Shown one piece after another: positions 10,626 to 19,128 of a stretch of DNA of 64,000 nt. Positions within the stretch are counted from its first letter, which is position 1; the number at the start of each line of letters is the position of its first letter. The position numbers and the translations under genes are program-made. This stretch comes from Candidatus Parcubacteria bacterium (GTDB lineage: Bacteria > Patescibacteriota > Minisyncoccia > Phycocordibacterales > Zambryskibacteraceae), in contig JAIFWP010000003.1 of assembly GCA_019661785.1 (NCBI GenBank), positions 31,009-95,008 on the forward strand, written 5' to 3'. A model generated the notes under the pieces. It was given only the letters and a program-made list of their open reading frames with translations. It did no database searches and was not told the origin of the DNA.

Positions 10626-11318
10626 ATGTCTAGAATTACAAACAGATTTATGAGCATTCCGCTCGGCCTCTCGCTCCTAGCAATGGCAGCGACTGCAAAC
10701 GCACAAGTAGCTCAGCCTATGGTTGGCATCCAGCTCTTGAGCTCAGGACTTACTTCGCCATTGGTTGCATCCTCTACTGGTGCCACCATCGCGCGCCTCG
10801 TCCTCGACACCACAGGATCTCCTGAGGCAGTCAGGATCTCGAGCCTCCCATTCGCACTCTCACTCGGCAACGGCGCAGTAGCCTCGACCCTCACCAACTG
10901 TAGAGTTGCGAACGAGTCGAACTCAGGAGTCAACTTGAGCACCCCAACTGGCTCAACTTCAGGCTTGGTCTCCGGTCTCAACACCGTAACCTTGAGCTCG
11001 CCTCTCGTATTGCAGGCAGGCACCGTTACCACTCTTGACCTCGTCTGCGACCCTTCGGCAGGACTCGTCACTGGCGGTACCTTCACTGTAAGCGTGAACA
11101 CAGCTAACGTAGCAGCTACTGGCAACTCTACTGGTCTCCCAGCAGTCGTTACCGTACGCGGAGCTACTCCAGTAGTTATCCCTCCGGTCATCATCCCTAC
11201 TGTTCCTAACACAGGTGCAGGCGGCGATGCTTCCACGAACGTCGCTCTCCTCTTCGGCGCCATCACCTTGGCAGTCGCAGGTATAGCACTTACCAGGAAG
11301 ACAGCACAGGCTCGCTAA
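10626..11318 (+). CDS. Secreted protein with sortase sorting signal
   Basis: Signal peptide ending ANAQ; C-terminal VPNTG + hydrophobic helix + RK tail. Confidence 0.8.
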   Translation: MSRITNRFMSIPLGLSLLAMAATANAQVAQPMVGIQLLSSGLTSPLVASSTGATIARLVLDTTGSPEAVRISSLPFALSLGNGAVASTLTNCRVANESNSGVNLSTPTGSTSGLVSGLNTVTLSSPLVLQAGTVTTLDLVCDPSAGLVTGGTFTVSVNTANVAATGNSTGLPAVVTVRGATPVVIPPVIIPTVPNTGAGGDASTNVALLFGAITLAVAGIALTRKTAQAR

Positions 11319-11397
11319 TAGTAGATTAGCTAAAGCAATGAAAGCGGGCGCCCTTGCTACCAAAATAGAAGGCGCCCGCTTTCGTTATACTACTAAA

Positions 11398-12069
11398 ATG
11401 CAAAGCAACCCCCACAAGTCCTTAGGCATCCTCCTCATAGTCCTTGGAGTTGCCCTAGCGAGCTTCATCATAGTGCGCTCCACTCTCTACGCGCCGGATA
11501 CCGAGCTAGAGCCTCCTATAAACGAGCCCGTAGCCTCGGTCGTGATGGCTACAAGCTCGGTCATTGCGAGCGTCGCTACAGGGACTCCCAAGACCACTCC
11601 TGCTGTGACTGCAGTCCCCTCCCACTACCCTGTGAGACTCTCTGTGCCAAGCGCTAATGTGAATGCTGGTGTCCAGTATGTAGGTATAAAAGCTGACGGC
11701 TCTATGGCCAATCCCTCGAACTTTACCGATGTGGCTTGGTACAAGCGCGGTACAACACCAGGCGAGCCCGGTAGCGCGGTCATTGCGGGACATGTCGACA
11801 ACGCTCTCGCTCTCTCCGGAGTCTTCAAGCATCTTGCCGATACCAAAGTCGGCGACGATGTCTACATAACGCGCAAAGATGGGGTGAAGCTCCACTTCAG
11901 AGTGACCAAGGTAGCCTACTACCCGTACAAGGAAGCGCCCAACCGAGAGATATTCCTCTCTAGCGACGGCAAGGCGCACTTGAACCTAGTAACCTGTGCC
12001 GGCACTTGGATATCCTCCGCCCACTCCTACGACAAGAGGTTGGTGGTCTACACCACGTTAGTGGAATAG
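11398..12069 (+). CDS. Class F sortase
   Basis: VAWY..G..PGEPGSAVIAGHVD, LNLVTC, KRLVV (His-Cys-Arg triad). Confidence 0.92.
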   Translation: MQSNPHKSLGILLIVLGVALASFIIVRSTLYAPDTELEPPINEPVASVVMATSSVIASVATGTPKTTPAVTAVPSHYPVRLSVPSANVNAGVQYVGIKADGSMANPSNFTDVAWYKRGTTPGEPGSAVIAGHVDNALALSGVFKHLADTKVGDDVYITRKDGVKLHFRVTKVAYYPYKEAPNREIFLSSDGKAHLNLVTCAGTWISSAHSYDKRLVVYTTLVE

Positions 12070-12082
12070 ATAGGGAAAGATG

Positions 12083-12118
12083 AAAGCCCCGCTCCGACCT
12101 AGGTCGGAGCGGGGCTTT
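12083..12118. terminator. 36-bp perfect palindrome, bidirectional terminator
   Basis: AAAGCCCCGCTCCGACCT|AGGTCGGAGCGGGGCTTT between convergent genes. Confidence 0.8.
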
Positions 12119-12796
12119 TTAGTACTCGGCGTTGAGCCGTTGCCAGTTCTCTAAGCCCTTTGGCCAGATTGCTTCGGAGTTCTGCTTGCAAAGCGGGCAC
12201 TCCTCCGGTTTCCAGCGCGGCATGGGGTAGTTCACAAGCGAGACTATCTGCTTGCCTCCCACTTCTTCCAAGCCAGAGCGATTGACGAGACTTGCGACGA
12301 AAGGTACGACCAGGGCTCCTGCGCGCGAAACCGCCTCAGCCATCACCTCGACACTTCCGCCTGAAGTGATGACATCCTCGACGATGAGCACGCATTCGCC
12401 TTTGCGAACTGAGCGCCTCTTGAAGGCCATGGCCGGTTCACCATTCACGATCTCTTTTTCGGCGTATACGTTTCGGCATACAGGTAGGCCACGGCGATTG
12501 GTGACGTGTCGAGACAGATCGTGCGCCAGGGAGACAGCGCCCATCGCAGGACCGACAACGCAATCAATCACCCTGTGATCTAGGTCGTGTCCACGCAGCA
12601 GATTGAGAAGCTCCTGAGTTGCCTGACTCACAAGAGTGGCATCCTCGAGCACCTGCTCGGCGTCGAAGAAGCCATTCGAGTGCATGCCCGACGTCGTGAG
12701 TAAGGCATGTGGCCGCTTGGGGTCTCCATCATGAGCCCAGAACGCTGACATCTTCCGGAACTCGTCTATCCAATACTGTTGGTCGCGAACTCGCAT
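12119..12796 (-). CDS. pyrE: Orotate phosphoribosyltransferase-like PRTase
   Basis: SGMHSNGF, VGPAMG, VLIVEDVITSGGS PRPP motif, ECPLC tail. Confidence 0.8.
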   Translation of the reverse strand: MRVRDQQYWIDEFRKMSAFWAHDGDPKRPHALLTTSGMHSNGFFDAEQVLEDATLVSQATQELLNLLRGHDLDHRVIDCVVGPAMGAVSLAHDLSRHVTNRRGLPVCRNVYAEKEIVNGEPAMAFKRRSVRKGECVLIVEDVITSGGSVEVMAEAVSRAGALVVPFVASLVNRSGLEEVGGKQIVSLVNYPMPRWKPEECPLCKQNSEAIWPKGLENWQRLNAEY

Positions 12797-12876
12797 CTGA
12801 ACCTCCAGGGTTCGTTAAGGTCTGGCGCTACCTTAGCCCAGCCAGATATTTAAATCAAACGGAAACTAAAACAGAT

Positions 12877-14088
12877 TTACTCTATGAAAGTAAGTGCCTT
12901 ACCCTTCTTCTGTGCACGGCCTGTGCGGCCGATGCGGTGAACATAGTCCTCGTAGGTGGCTGGGAGGTCGAAGTTGATGACGTGAGAGACATCATTGATG
13001 TCGAGACCTCTCGCAGCCACGTCGGTAGCTATGAGAGCCTTGGTCTTGCCCGCCTTAAAGTCGGCGAGAGCCTTCTGTCTCGCGTTCTGGAGCTTGTTGC
13101 CGTGGATGGCCTCAACGGAGACGCCGCTCTCACGGAGGAACTTAGTTAGCCTGTCAGCGCCGTGCTTAGTACGGGTAAAGACGAGTACCTTGTCGAAGTC
13201 CTCTTGTATCAAAAGGTCGAGTAGTATCTCTGCCTTGTTCTCGCCCGGAGCCACGCGGATGACATCTTGGTCGATGTTCTTCGAGGTGTCGCGAGTCTTC
13301 ACTGAGATGCGAGCCGGCATAGTGAGGAAGTCCTTGATGAGCCTCTCTATCTCAGGCGAGAGCGTTGCGGAGAAGAAGAGCGTATGCCTGTCCTTAGGCA
13401 TCTTGTCCATCATGAAGCGCATATCGTTTATGAATCCCATGTCGAGCATCCTGTCGGCCTCGTCGAGGACTACAGTATTGAATTTAGACAGGTCTAGGTT
13501 CCTAGACTCTATGTGGTCCTTCAAGCGGCCGGGCGTGCCAATGACAAAGCTGTGCTTGTGGCGAAGCTCTGATATCTGCTTGCCCATGCCTGCGCCGCCG
13601 ATGCAAACTACAGAGAAGAGTCCTGACCCCTTAGCGAAGGCGCGGAGCTCCTCGTCTATCTGGTATGCAAGCTCGCGGGTAGGGACAACGATGAGCACCT
13701 TGGTCATAGGCGCCTTAAGTATCTTGTCGATGAGCGGTATGAGGAAGGCGGCTGTCTTACCGGTACCAGTGTTCGCAATACCTACGATGTCCTCACCGCG
13801 GAGTATGTGAGGGATGGACTTGTCCTGTATGGGAGTCGGGGTTATGTAGCCCTTCTCCTCGATATTGTTTTTCAAGAGCTCGTCTACGGCAAAGTCCCTG
13901 AACTTGTGCTCAGGTATGTAGACCTCAACCTCCTCAGTGATAACCGCCTTGTTGACGAACTTGGTTATGTCGAAAAAGGACTTCTGTGGGCGTTTGCCGG
14001 CAGGTCGTGAGAATCTATTTGTATGTTGCGATCGACCGTGGAAGGGTCTTCCGCTCTGCGGCCTAAAACCGCGGCTTCTTTCTGGCAT
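12877..14088 (-). CDS. DEAD-box RNA helicase
   Basis: PTPIQ, TGTGKT, PTRELA, TPGR, DEAD, SAT, HRIGRTGR. Confidence 0.96.
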   Translation of the reverse strand: MPERSRGFRPQSGRPFHGRSQHTNRFSRPAGKRPQKSFFDITKFVNKAVITEEVEVYIPEHKFRDFAVDELLKNNIEEKGYITPTPIQDKSIPHILRGEDIVGIANTGTGKTAAFLIPLIDKILKAPMTKVLIVVPTRELAYQIDEELRAFAKGSGLFSVVCIGGAGMGKQISELRHKHSFVIGTPGRLKDHIESRNLDLSKFNTVVLDEADRMLDMGFINDMRFMMDKMPKDRHTLFFSATLSPEIERLIKDFLTMPARISVKTRDTSKNIDQDVIRVAPGENKAEILLDLLIQEDFDKVLVFTRTKHGADRLTKFLRESGVSVEAIHGNKLQNARQKALADFKAGKTKALIATDVAARGLDINDVSHVINFDLPATYEDYVHRIGRTGRAQKKGKALTFIE

Positions 14089-14180
14089 ATGTGTTAAACC
14101 TCGCTCGTGAGGTTTAAGGCGAGTGCCTAACGTAGTAGATGAATCTAAAACGAAACCTTATGAGTGTTAGTTACTTAGTG

Positions 14181-14209
14181 AGTATATACCAGCAGGAGTT
14201 ACTTGTCAA
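14181..14209 (-). promoter_or_regulatory. Sigma70 promoter of the helicase gene
   Basis: Minus strand TTGACA-17 nt-TATACT; ~90-nt leader with hairpin TTAAACCTC/GAGGTTTAA. Confidence 0.7.
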
Positions 14210-14211
14210 GT

Positions 14212-14883
14212 CTAGTTGCTTGAGATGTTCCACTTCACGCTCTCTGCCATCTGCTCGAGGGTGTCCTCAATCTTGCCTTTGTCGAACTCCTTCACACCGA
14301 GCTCTGGAGGATAATTGCCGATATTCGTCGAGTGGATAGTGTACTCGATAGCGTAACAGTCGCCGTCGAAGATGCCGTGATATACGGTCGAGTCATAGCG
14401 GTTCCCTGCCGCAGCATCACTTTGGTTAAACTTTGTGAATTGGTAACCCGAGATGGTCACTGTGCTCTTGTCAGTAAAGTTGTCATGCACTACGGCGCAG
14501 TTCTTTATCTCAGCGGCATCCGCTGACCTCCCTACGGTGAATCGCGCCTCGGAGAAGTTGGTCCCGGGCATGTAGGACTTGGGTATGCGTATGTCTACCA
14601 AGAGAGTACCCTTGGGTGTCGTAGCATCTACTCTCCACTCTTGGGTAAGGCCTGTGGGAGGAGTCTTTATCTCTGCCTCCGTCGGATGCTTTATGCTCAC
14701 GGTGCCAGTAGGGTCAGTGTAGACCTGCCAGCCTTTGACATTGCCCGTGTCCGTATTGGTCACTCCCCCCTCCACTCCCTGTTGCGTGCTCTCATGGGTG
14801 CTCTTGTGCGTAAATCTGAAGCCATAGTAAACGCCAAAGAAGAGCACTATGAGACCCGCAGTTGTGAGGATGACGTATTTCAT
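14212..14883 (-). CDS. Membrane-anchored secreted hypothetical protein (PsbP-like fold possible)
   Basis: N-terminal TM, WQVYTD..G.VSIKHP, DAAAGNRY. Confidence 0.6.
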   Translation of the reverse strand: MKYVILTTAGLIVLFFGVYYGFRFTHKSTHESTQQGVEGGVTNTDTGNVKGWQVYTDPTGTVSIKHPTEAEIKTPPTGLTQEWRVDATTPKGTLLVDIRIPKSYMPGTNFSEARFTVGRSADAAEIKNCAVVHDNFTDKSTVTISGYQFTKFNQSDAAAGNRYDSTVYHGIFDGDCYAIEYTIHSTNIGNYPPELGVKEFDKGKIEDTLEQMAESVKWNISSN

Positions 14884-14899
14884 ATTTATTTATTGTACT

Positions 14900-15094
14900 C
14901 TATGGCGCGCTTGGGAACAGGTTCTCCTCCACATCGTCAATGTCTTCCGGCAAGGAAGTTGGCGTATCCTCGGCCTCTCCAGGCCTTGGCAAATCCTGGT
15001 CGAGCTGTTTGTCGCCGTAGAGCTTCTCCGTATTCTTTGGAGAGACTATGGCATTGGCATCAACCTCCGGCTTGTCGTCTTCATTGTTCATCAT
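14900..15094 (-). CDS. Small acidic hypothetical protein
   Basis: 64-aa D/E/P-rich ORF downstream of tRNA-Gln. Confidence 0.45.
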   Translation of the reverse strand: MMNNEDDKPEVDANAIVSPKNTEKLYGDKQLDQDLPRPGEAEDTPTSLPEDIDDVEENLFPSAP

Positions 15095-15135
15095 ATTTAA
15101 GACGAAGCGCCTCTGGCGTTATGACCATCACCAGT

Positions 15136-15209
15136 TGGCTGGGAGACAGGGATTCGAACCCCGATTAAAGGCTTCAAAGGCCTCTGTCCTACCATTAGAC
15201 GATCTCCCA
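15136..15209 (-). tRNA. tRNA-Gln(TTG), CCA encoded
   Basis: Cloverleaf; anticodon arm GAGGC-CT TTG AA-GCCTT; GGTTCGAATCC. Confidence 0.95.
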
Positions 15210-15248
15210 ATATATCTAACTTATCAGATTTCCAGCCAATTTAATAGA

Positions 15249-15281
15249 AAAACTCCGAGAGGTATTACCTCTCGGAGTTTT
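15249..15281. terminator. Long palindromic terminator downstream of purC-purE
   Basis: AAAACTCCGAGAGGTA-T-TACCTCTCGGAGTTTT. Confidence 0.75.
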
Positions 15282-15300
15282 GATTTGTTCGACCAACTGC

Positions 15301-16641
15301 TCAGGCCCACGCCTTGTTCAAAAGCGTTTCCTCGAGCTTGTCGCGAAGGAGCATGTACACGAGCGGGCTGCGGAGAGCCAGGATCTCGAGTGCGGCCATT
15401 GCTGCATTCGATGGTTCGAGGACAGTCATGACCGGCACCCGGGATGGCGTGCGCAGCGACGACCAGACATCGTCTGGAAAGTCCTTGTAACCAGCTGGCA
15501 CGGTAATCACCGGAATGGTGGTCGAGGCCGACAGAGTCGGACCGGCACCATTCGAGCGACCGATGTAGGCGATAACTACCGCATCGGGTATCTCATGCGT
15601 CAGACGCTGGAGCTCGTCGAGCCCCCTGACCGGCTCCTTGTGAATGGAGCAGACCACCCGTCTGACCTTCACATATTCCCCGGAAGAGATTGCGGCGATG
15701 CCGAATTCACGGATACCATCTATCAGTGGAGCCACATCGTCCTTCGAGGAACCGCACCAGATGATGATCTGCTGAACCGGAAGATTGAATCGGTCCGTTG
15801 CATCGGCGACGCGGCGATACTTCTCTGCCACATCGCTCAGATCGCCGCCTTCACGGTAGACCTGCTTGTCGATGTAGGACCCGTTCTCGAGAACTCGCCA
15901 CGAATCGTTGTCGATGACGTCGGCGAGCAGAAGACCTCCATGCTGGTTCAGGCCAAACTCGACCTTAAAGTCGACGAGCACGCGCCCCTCCAGCTGCCAG
16001 GCCTTCTCGAGGATGAGGAAGGTGCGCCGAGCCATATTGATCATCTTCTCGAAGAGTTTCCACTCCTCCGGATAACCGAACACCTCGTCCTCACGAAGCG
16101 TCAGGAAGGGTTCCTGACCTCGCATTGGCTTGGCCGGATCGTAGAGGGCAATGTTGTCACTGCCGACCACAGGACCCATGAACGGATCGTCGCACGGCAG
16201 ATCATGCTGCTTCCACTTCTTGCCGCTCGTCTTCAGGAAGAACTCCCACACGAGCTTCGGGAAGTGATGTCCCTTGCGCAGGTGCGGCTCCCTCTTGAGA
16301 TACGAGCCGTGCGCTTCGCGCCGGATCACCACTTCGTACGGGAGCATCTTGCACAGCGGGGCGCTGAACGTCGTCTCGTTGACCTGCTCGATGAACGCCA
16401 CCGGAATCCCGCAGGCCCTGAGCAGGCGAAACACGTTGCAGGTTGTACGAGTTGCCCAAGCGCCCTTCCCAGGGATGATGTCGTGCTTGGCGCCGTCGCC
16501 TGCGGTGATATCATCCTTGGAAATGATGTTGACGTCGTCGGTGTCACCTTCGCGCTTGGCAATGATCTTCGTCTTGCCTTCGCTTAGGACCAGACCTCCA
16601 GCACGGGCTGAAGCTTCTGGGCCAGTTGCCACAGTAGTCAT
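15301..16641 (-). CDS. purC: Bifunctional SAICAR synthetase / AIR carboxylase (PurC-PurE fusion, PAICS-type)
   Basis: EGKTK, KDDITAGDG, DFKVEFG, LADVIDNDSWR (PurC); GSSKD, SIHK, GRSNG, DVWSSLR (class II PurE). Confidence 0.9.
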   Translation of the reverse strand: MTTVATGPEASARAGGLVLSEGKTKIIAKREGDTDDVNIISKDDITAGDGAKHDIIPGKGAWATRTTCNVFRLLRACGIPVAFIEQVNETTFSAPLCKMLPYEVVIRREAHGSYLKREPHLRKGHHFPKLVWEFFLKTSGKKWKQHDLPCDDPFMGPVVGSDNIALYDPAKPMRGQEPFLTLREDEVFGYPEEWKLFEKMINMARRTFLILEKAWQLEGRVLVDFKVEFGLNQHGGLLLADVIDNDSWRVLENGSYIDKQVYREGGDLSDVAEKYRRVADATDRFNLPVQQIIIWCGSSKDDVAPLIDGIREFGIAAISSGEYVKVRRVVCSIHKEPVRGLDELQRLTHEIPDAVVIAYIGRSNGAGPTLSASTTIPVITVPAGYKDFPDDVWSSLRTPSRVPVMTVLEPSNAAMAALEILALRSPLVYMLLRDKLEETLLNKAWA

Positions 16642-16811
16642 GTCTTTTCTCACTCAATGTTCAAGATACGGTGAGCCGTATCAGCTTTTGGGATATCCCA
16701 GTACATCTGGTCGCATACTACTGAAAAAGGGCCCGAAAAACAAGAAACTTAACTGGGTTTGATTTATTGATAAAGAGGGTTAGTATTGCCGGCAGGACAA
16801 CTAGGAGGCCT

Positions 16812-17087
16812 ATGGCAGGAGACATGTACATAACAGAGTGCTGGGTCGACAATAAGCTCGACCCAACGGAATTCGCAAAAGCCTTCGAGGCTCACTTCGA
16901 GGGTGGCAAAGCCGAGGAAAAGCCCATGGTAGTGGATGCGGGAGAGGGTTATCGTCTCTTTCAACTATGGGTAGCCATGGAGAGAGGCGGTGAAGTTCTC
17001 CCCTTCATCGACCAGTACGCGGCAACTCACGGAACGGTGAATGAGCAGAAGCCCTCAGGCACCTTCCCCTTCGCGGCGGGCGCATAA
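16812..17087 (+). CDS. Hypothetical protein
   Basis: AGGAGG SD before ATG 16812; 12-bp hairpin at stop. Confidence 0.6.
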   Translation: MAGDMYITECWVDNKLDPTEFAKAFEAHFEGGKAEEKPMVVDAGEGYRLFQLWVAMERGGEVLPFIDQYAATHGTVNEQKPSGTFPFAAGA

Positions 17088-17134
17088 GCCTCGGACCAAC
17101 GGTCCGAGGCTTTCAGTTATGCATACTTCCGAAT

Positions 17135-17392
17135 TTACCCTGTTGCGAGTTTTATCCAGATAAAGGCGAAGACAGCTACGATGGCTATGCCTGCAATGGT
17201 TCTATATGTGCGGTTAGATATTTTGCTCATTACAAACTTAGTAGTGAGGCTCAAGATTACGAAGAACACCCACGCAAATATAAAGTCTCCTAGTCCCCAG
17301 TTCCATCCGTCTACATACATATTTCCAAAAAGCGGGATGAGCAGTGCGACTGCCGCTACTAGCATGGTCTTTATGATGTATATTCGTGTCAT
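17135..17392 (-). CDS. Small three-TM membrane protein
   Basis: LLIPL, GWNWGLGDFIF, WIKLATG. Confidence 0.7.
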   Translation of the reverse strand: MTRIYIIKTMLVAAVALLIPLFGNMYVDGWNWGLGDFIFAWVFFVILSLTTKFVMSKISNRTYRTIAGIAIVAVFAFIWIKLATG

Positions 17393-18039
17393 TTCTGTCC
17401 GTACCTTTCTAAGAATTTATCTCTAGATATTTCCACCATCGCGGCGATTTGTCCAGTCTGCTTTATTTCGAAGCCCAGCGCTTCAGCTAGCCTGGGGTAC
17501 TGTTTGGCTATCCAAGTCGCGCCAGTGAGCTTCTCGACATTGGCTAACTTCTCATTGCTCTGCAACTCTTCCGCCAACTTCTTCAGGCCTTGGAAGACAA
17601 GCGTGCGCAGTTCCATAGGATTGTCTGTAATAACCGTCGGGATATGCAACTCAAGATGTGATCCATGTTCCCCGCTTAGTTTATACGCAATAGCCTGATT
17701 AATAGGTTCCAGGTTCAGAGAATCGACGAATCTCTCGCCCACCCTCTGGCCGAAGTCCTCTGCCTCAAAGTGCGATGCTAAGAATTTAATCGTAGTATCT
17801 ACTATAAGGTCCAGTGCATCGCTTTCATCGACTTCCAGAGATTCTAGTTCAGTAGTGAGCTCTGCATAGTCTTTTCCTGCTGGCAATATACCCATAAGCG
17901 AGGAGATGAGGAAGCTCTTGATACTCTCCTCATCCTGTTTCAAGTTGAGTGTCTCCGCTAGCTGTCTGCTTATGATTTTGGCATACAAAGCAAATTTTCT
18001 CTCGTTCTCTTCGTTTAGATTTAATCGTTCTGGATTCAT
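17389..18039 (-). CDS. Hypothetical protein
   Basis: 216-aa ORF coupled by 4-nt overlaps to neighbours. Confidence 0.65.
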   Translation of the reverse strand: MNPERLNLNEENERKFALYAKIISRQLAETLNLKQDEESIKSFLISSLMGILPAGKDYAELTTELESLEVDESDALDLIVDTTIKFLASHFEAEDFGQRVGERFVDSLNLEPINQAIAYKLSGEHGSHLELHIPTVITDNPMELRTLVFQGLKKLAEELQSNEKLANVEKLTGATWIAKQYPRLAEALGFEIKQTGQIAAMVEISRDKFLERYGQK

Positions 18040-19061
18040 GGATTAATACTCTCACTTAGAGCTATCTCAAGCGGGAGTTCGGGGATAGTGCTGCGGCCGG
18101 AGGCCTCGGCAGCGTCGATAAACTTGAGCAGGATGTCAGCGGTGAGGCTCTTGTCCGCTTTCCCTGCTAAGTCCTTCATAAAGTTGAAGTCATCTTCAGA
18201 CGTCTCGCCGAGGATGTAGTCGTCGAGCCCAGCCTTGAGTCGGATAAGGAAGAGGTAGCGCAAGTTCTCAAGTATGAGCCGAGCAAAGATCTTCATGTCG
18301 GCATTGCTCTCCCGCGCCATTGCAAGAGCCTGCATGCCCCTCTTCAAGTCGTGCTCGACGATGGATGCCAATACATCGCGGACTAGGCCCGCGCGCGGAG
18401 CGCCAGTGACTCTCTCAACTTCTTCTCTACTTACCTGCTTCTCTTGTGAACTCGAGAAGATTTTATCGAGGATGCCGGCAGTATCGCGGAAGGAGCCATC
18501 CCCTAGCAAGGAGACGAGCTCGGCCGACTCTGGGTCTAGCTTCCTCCCCTCTTCCTTAGATATATGCAGAGCGAACTCTCTTAGGATTTTCTGGTTTGGC
18601 CGCTTGAAGACGAAGGCCTGGCACCTGCTCTGCACTGTATCAGGGACCTTCTCTAGCTCGGTTGTAGCGAGTATGAATATGACATGCGCTGGCGGCTCCT
18701 CAAGGGTTTTGAGGAAGGCGTTCCAAGCGCCCTTCGAAAGCATGTGAGCCTCGTCGAGGATGTAGACCTTATACTTCGACTCGAAGGGCAGTGTGTGCAC
18801 GGCCTCGTTCAAAGCCCTTATCTCATCCACGCCGTTCTGCGAGGCGGCGTCTATCTCATAAATGTCTGAAGCCGAGGTACCGAGCTCAGAGGCAAAAATC
18901 CTCGCCACCGAGGTCTTGCCTGTACCGCGCGAACCAGCAAAGAGGTATGCGTGCGCCATAGTACCGAGCTTGACCTCATTGCTCAAGACCGAGACGATGG
19001 ACTCTTGGCCCACGACATCCTTCCACGCCTTGGGGCGATACTTGCGATATAGGACCGACAT
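18036..19061 (-). CDS. dnaX: DNA polymerase III gamma/tau
   Basis: LYRKYRP, GSRGTGKTS, EIDAAS, DEAHML, LKTLEEPP, SRC. Confidence 0.96.
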   Translation of the reverse strand: MSVLYRKYRPKAWKDVVGQESIVSVLSNEVKLGTMAHAYLFAGSRGTGKTSVARIFASELGTSASDIYEIDAASQNGVDEIRALNEAVHTLPFESKYKVYILDEAHMLSKGAWNAFLKTLEEPPAHVIFILATTELEKVPDTVQSRCQAFVFKRPNQKILREFALHISKEEGRKLDPESAELVSLLGDGSFRDTAGILDKIFSSSQEKQVSREEVERVTGAPRAGLVRDVLASIVEHDLKRGMQALAMARESNADMKIFARLILENLRYLFLIRLKAGLDDYILGETSEDDFNFMKDLAGKADKSLTADILLKFIDAAEASGRSTIPELPLEIALSESINP

Positions 19062-19128
19062 GGCAAAAGTATATAAGAAAAAACCCCACGAGACGAATCT
19101 CGCAGGGCCTTTGTTTTCCTCCGCCTTG

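Noticed and set aside
15280-16587. 435-aa + strand ORF
   Set aside because: Shadow of the PurC-PurE gene; no motifs, and expected from GC-rich codon usage on the opposite strand.
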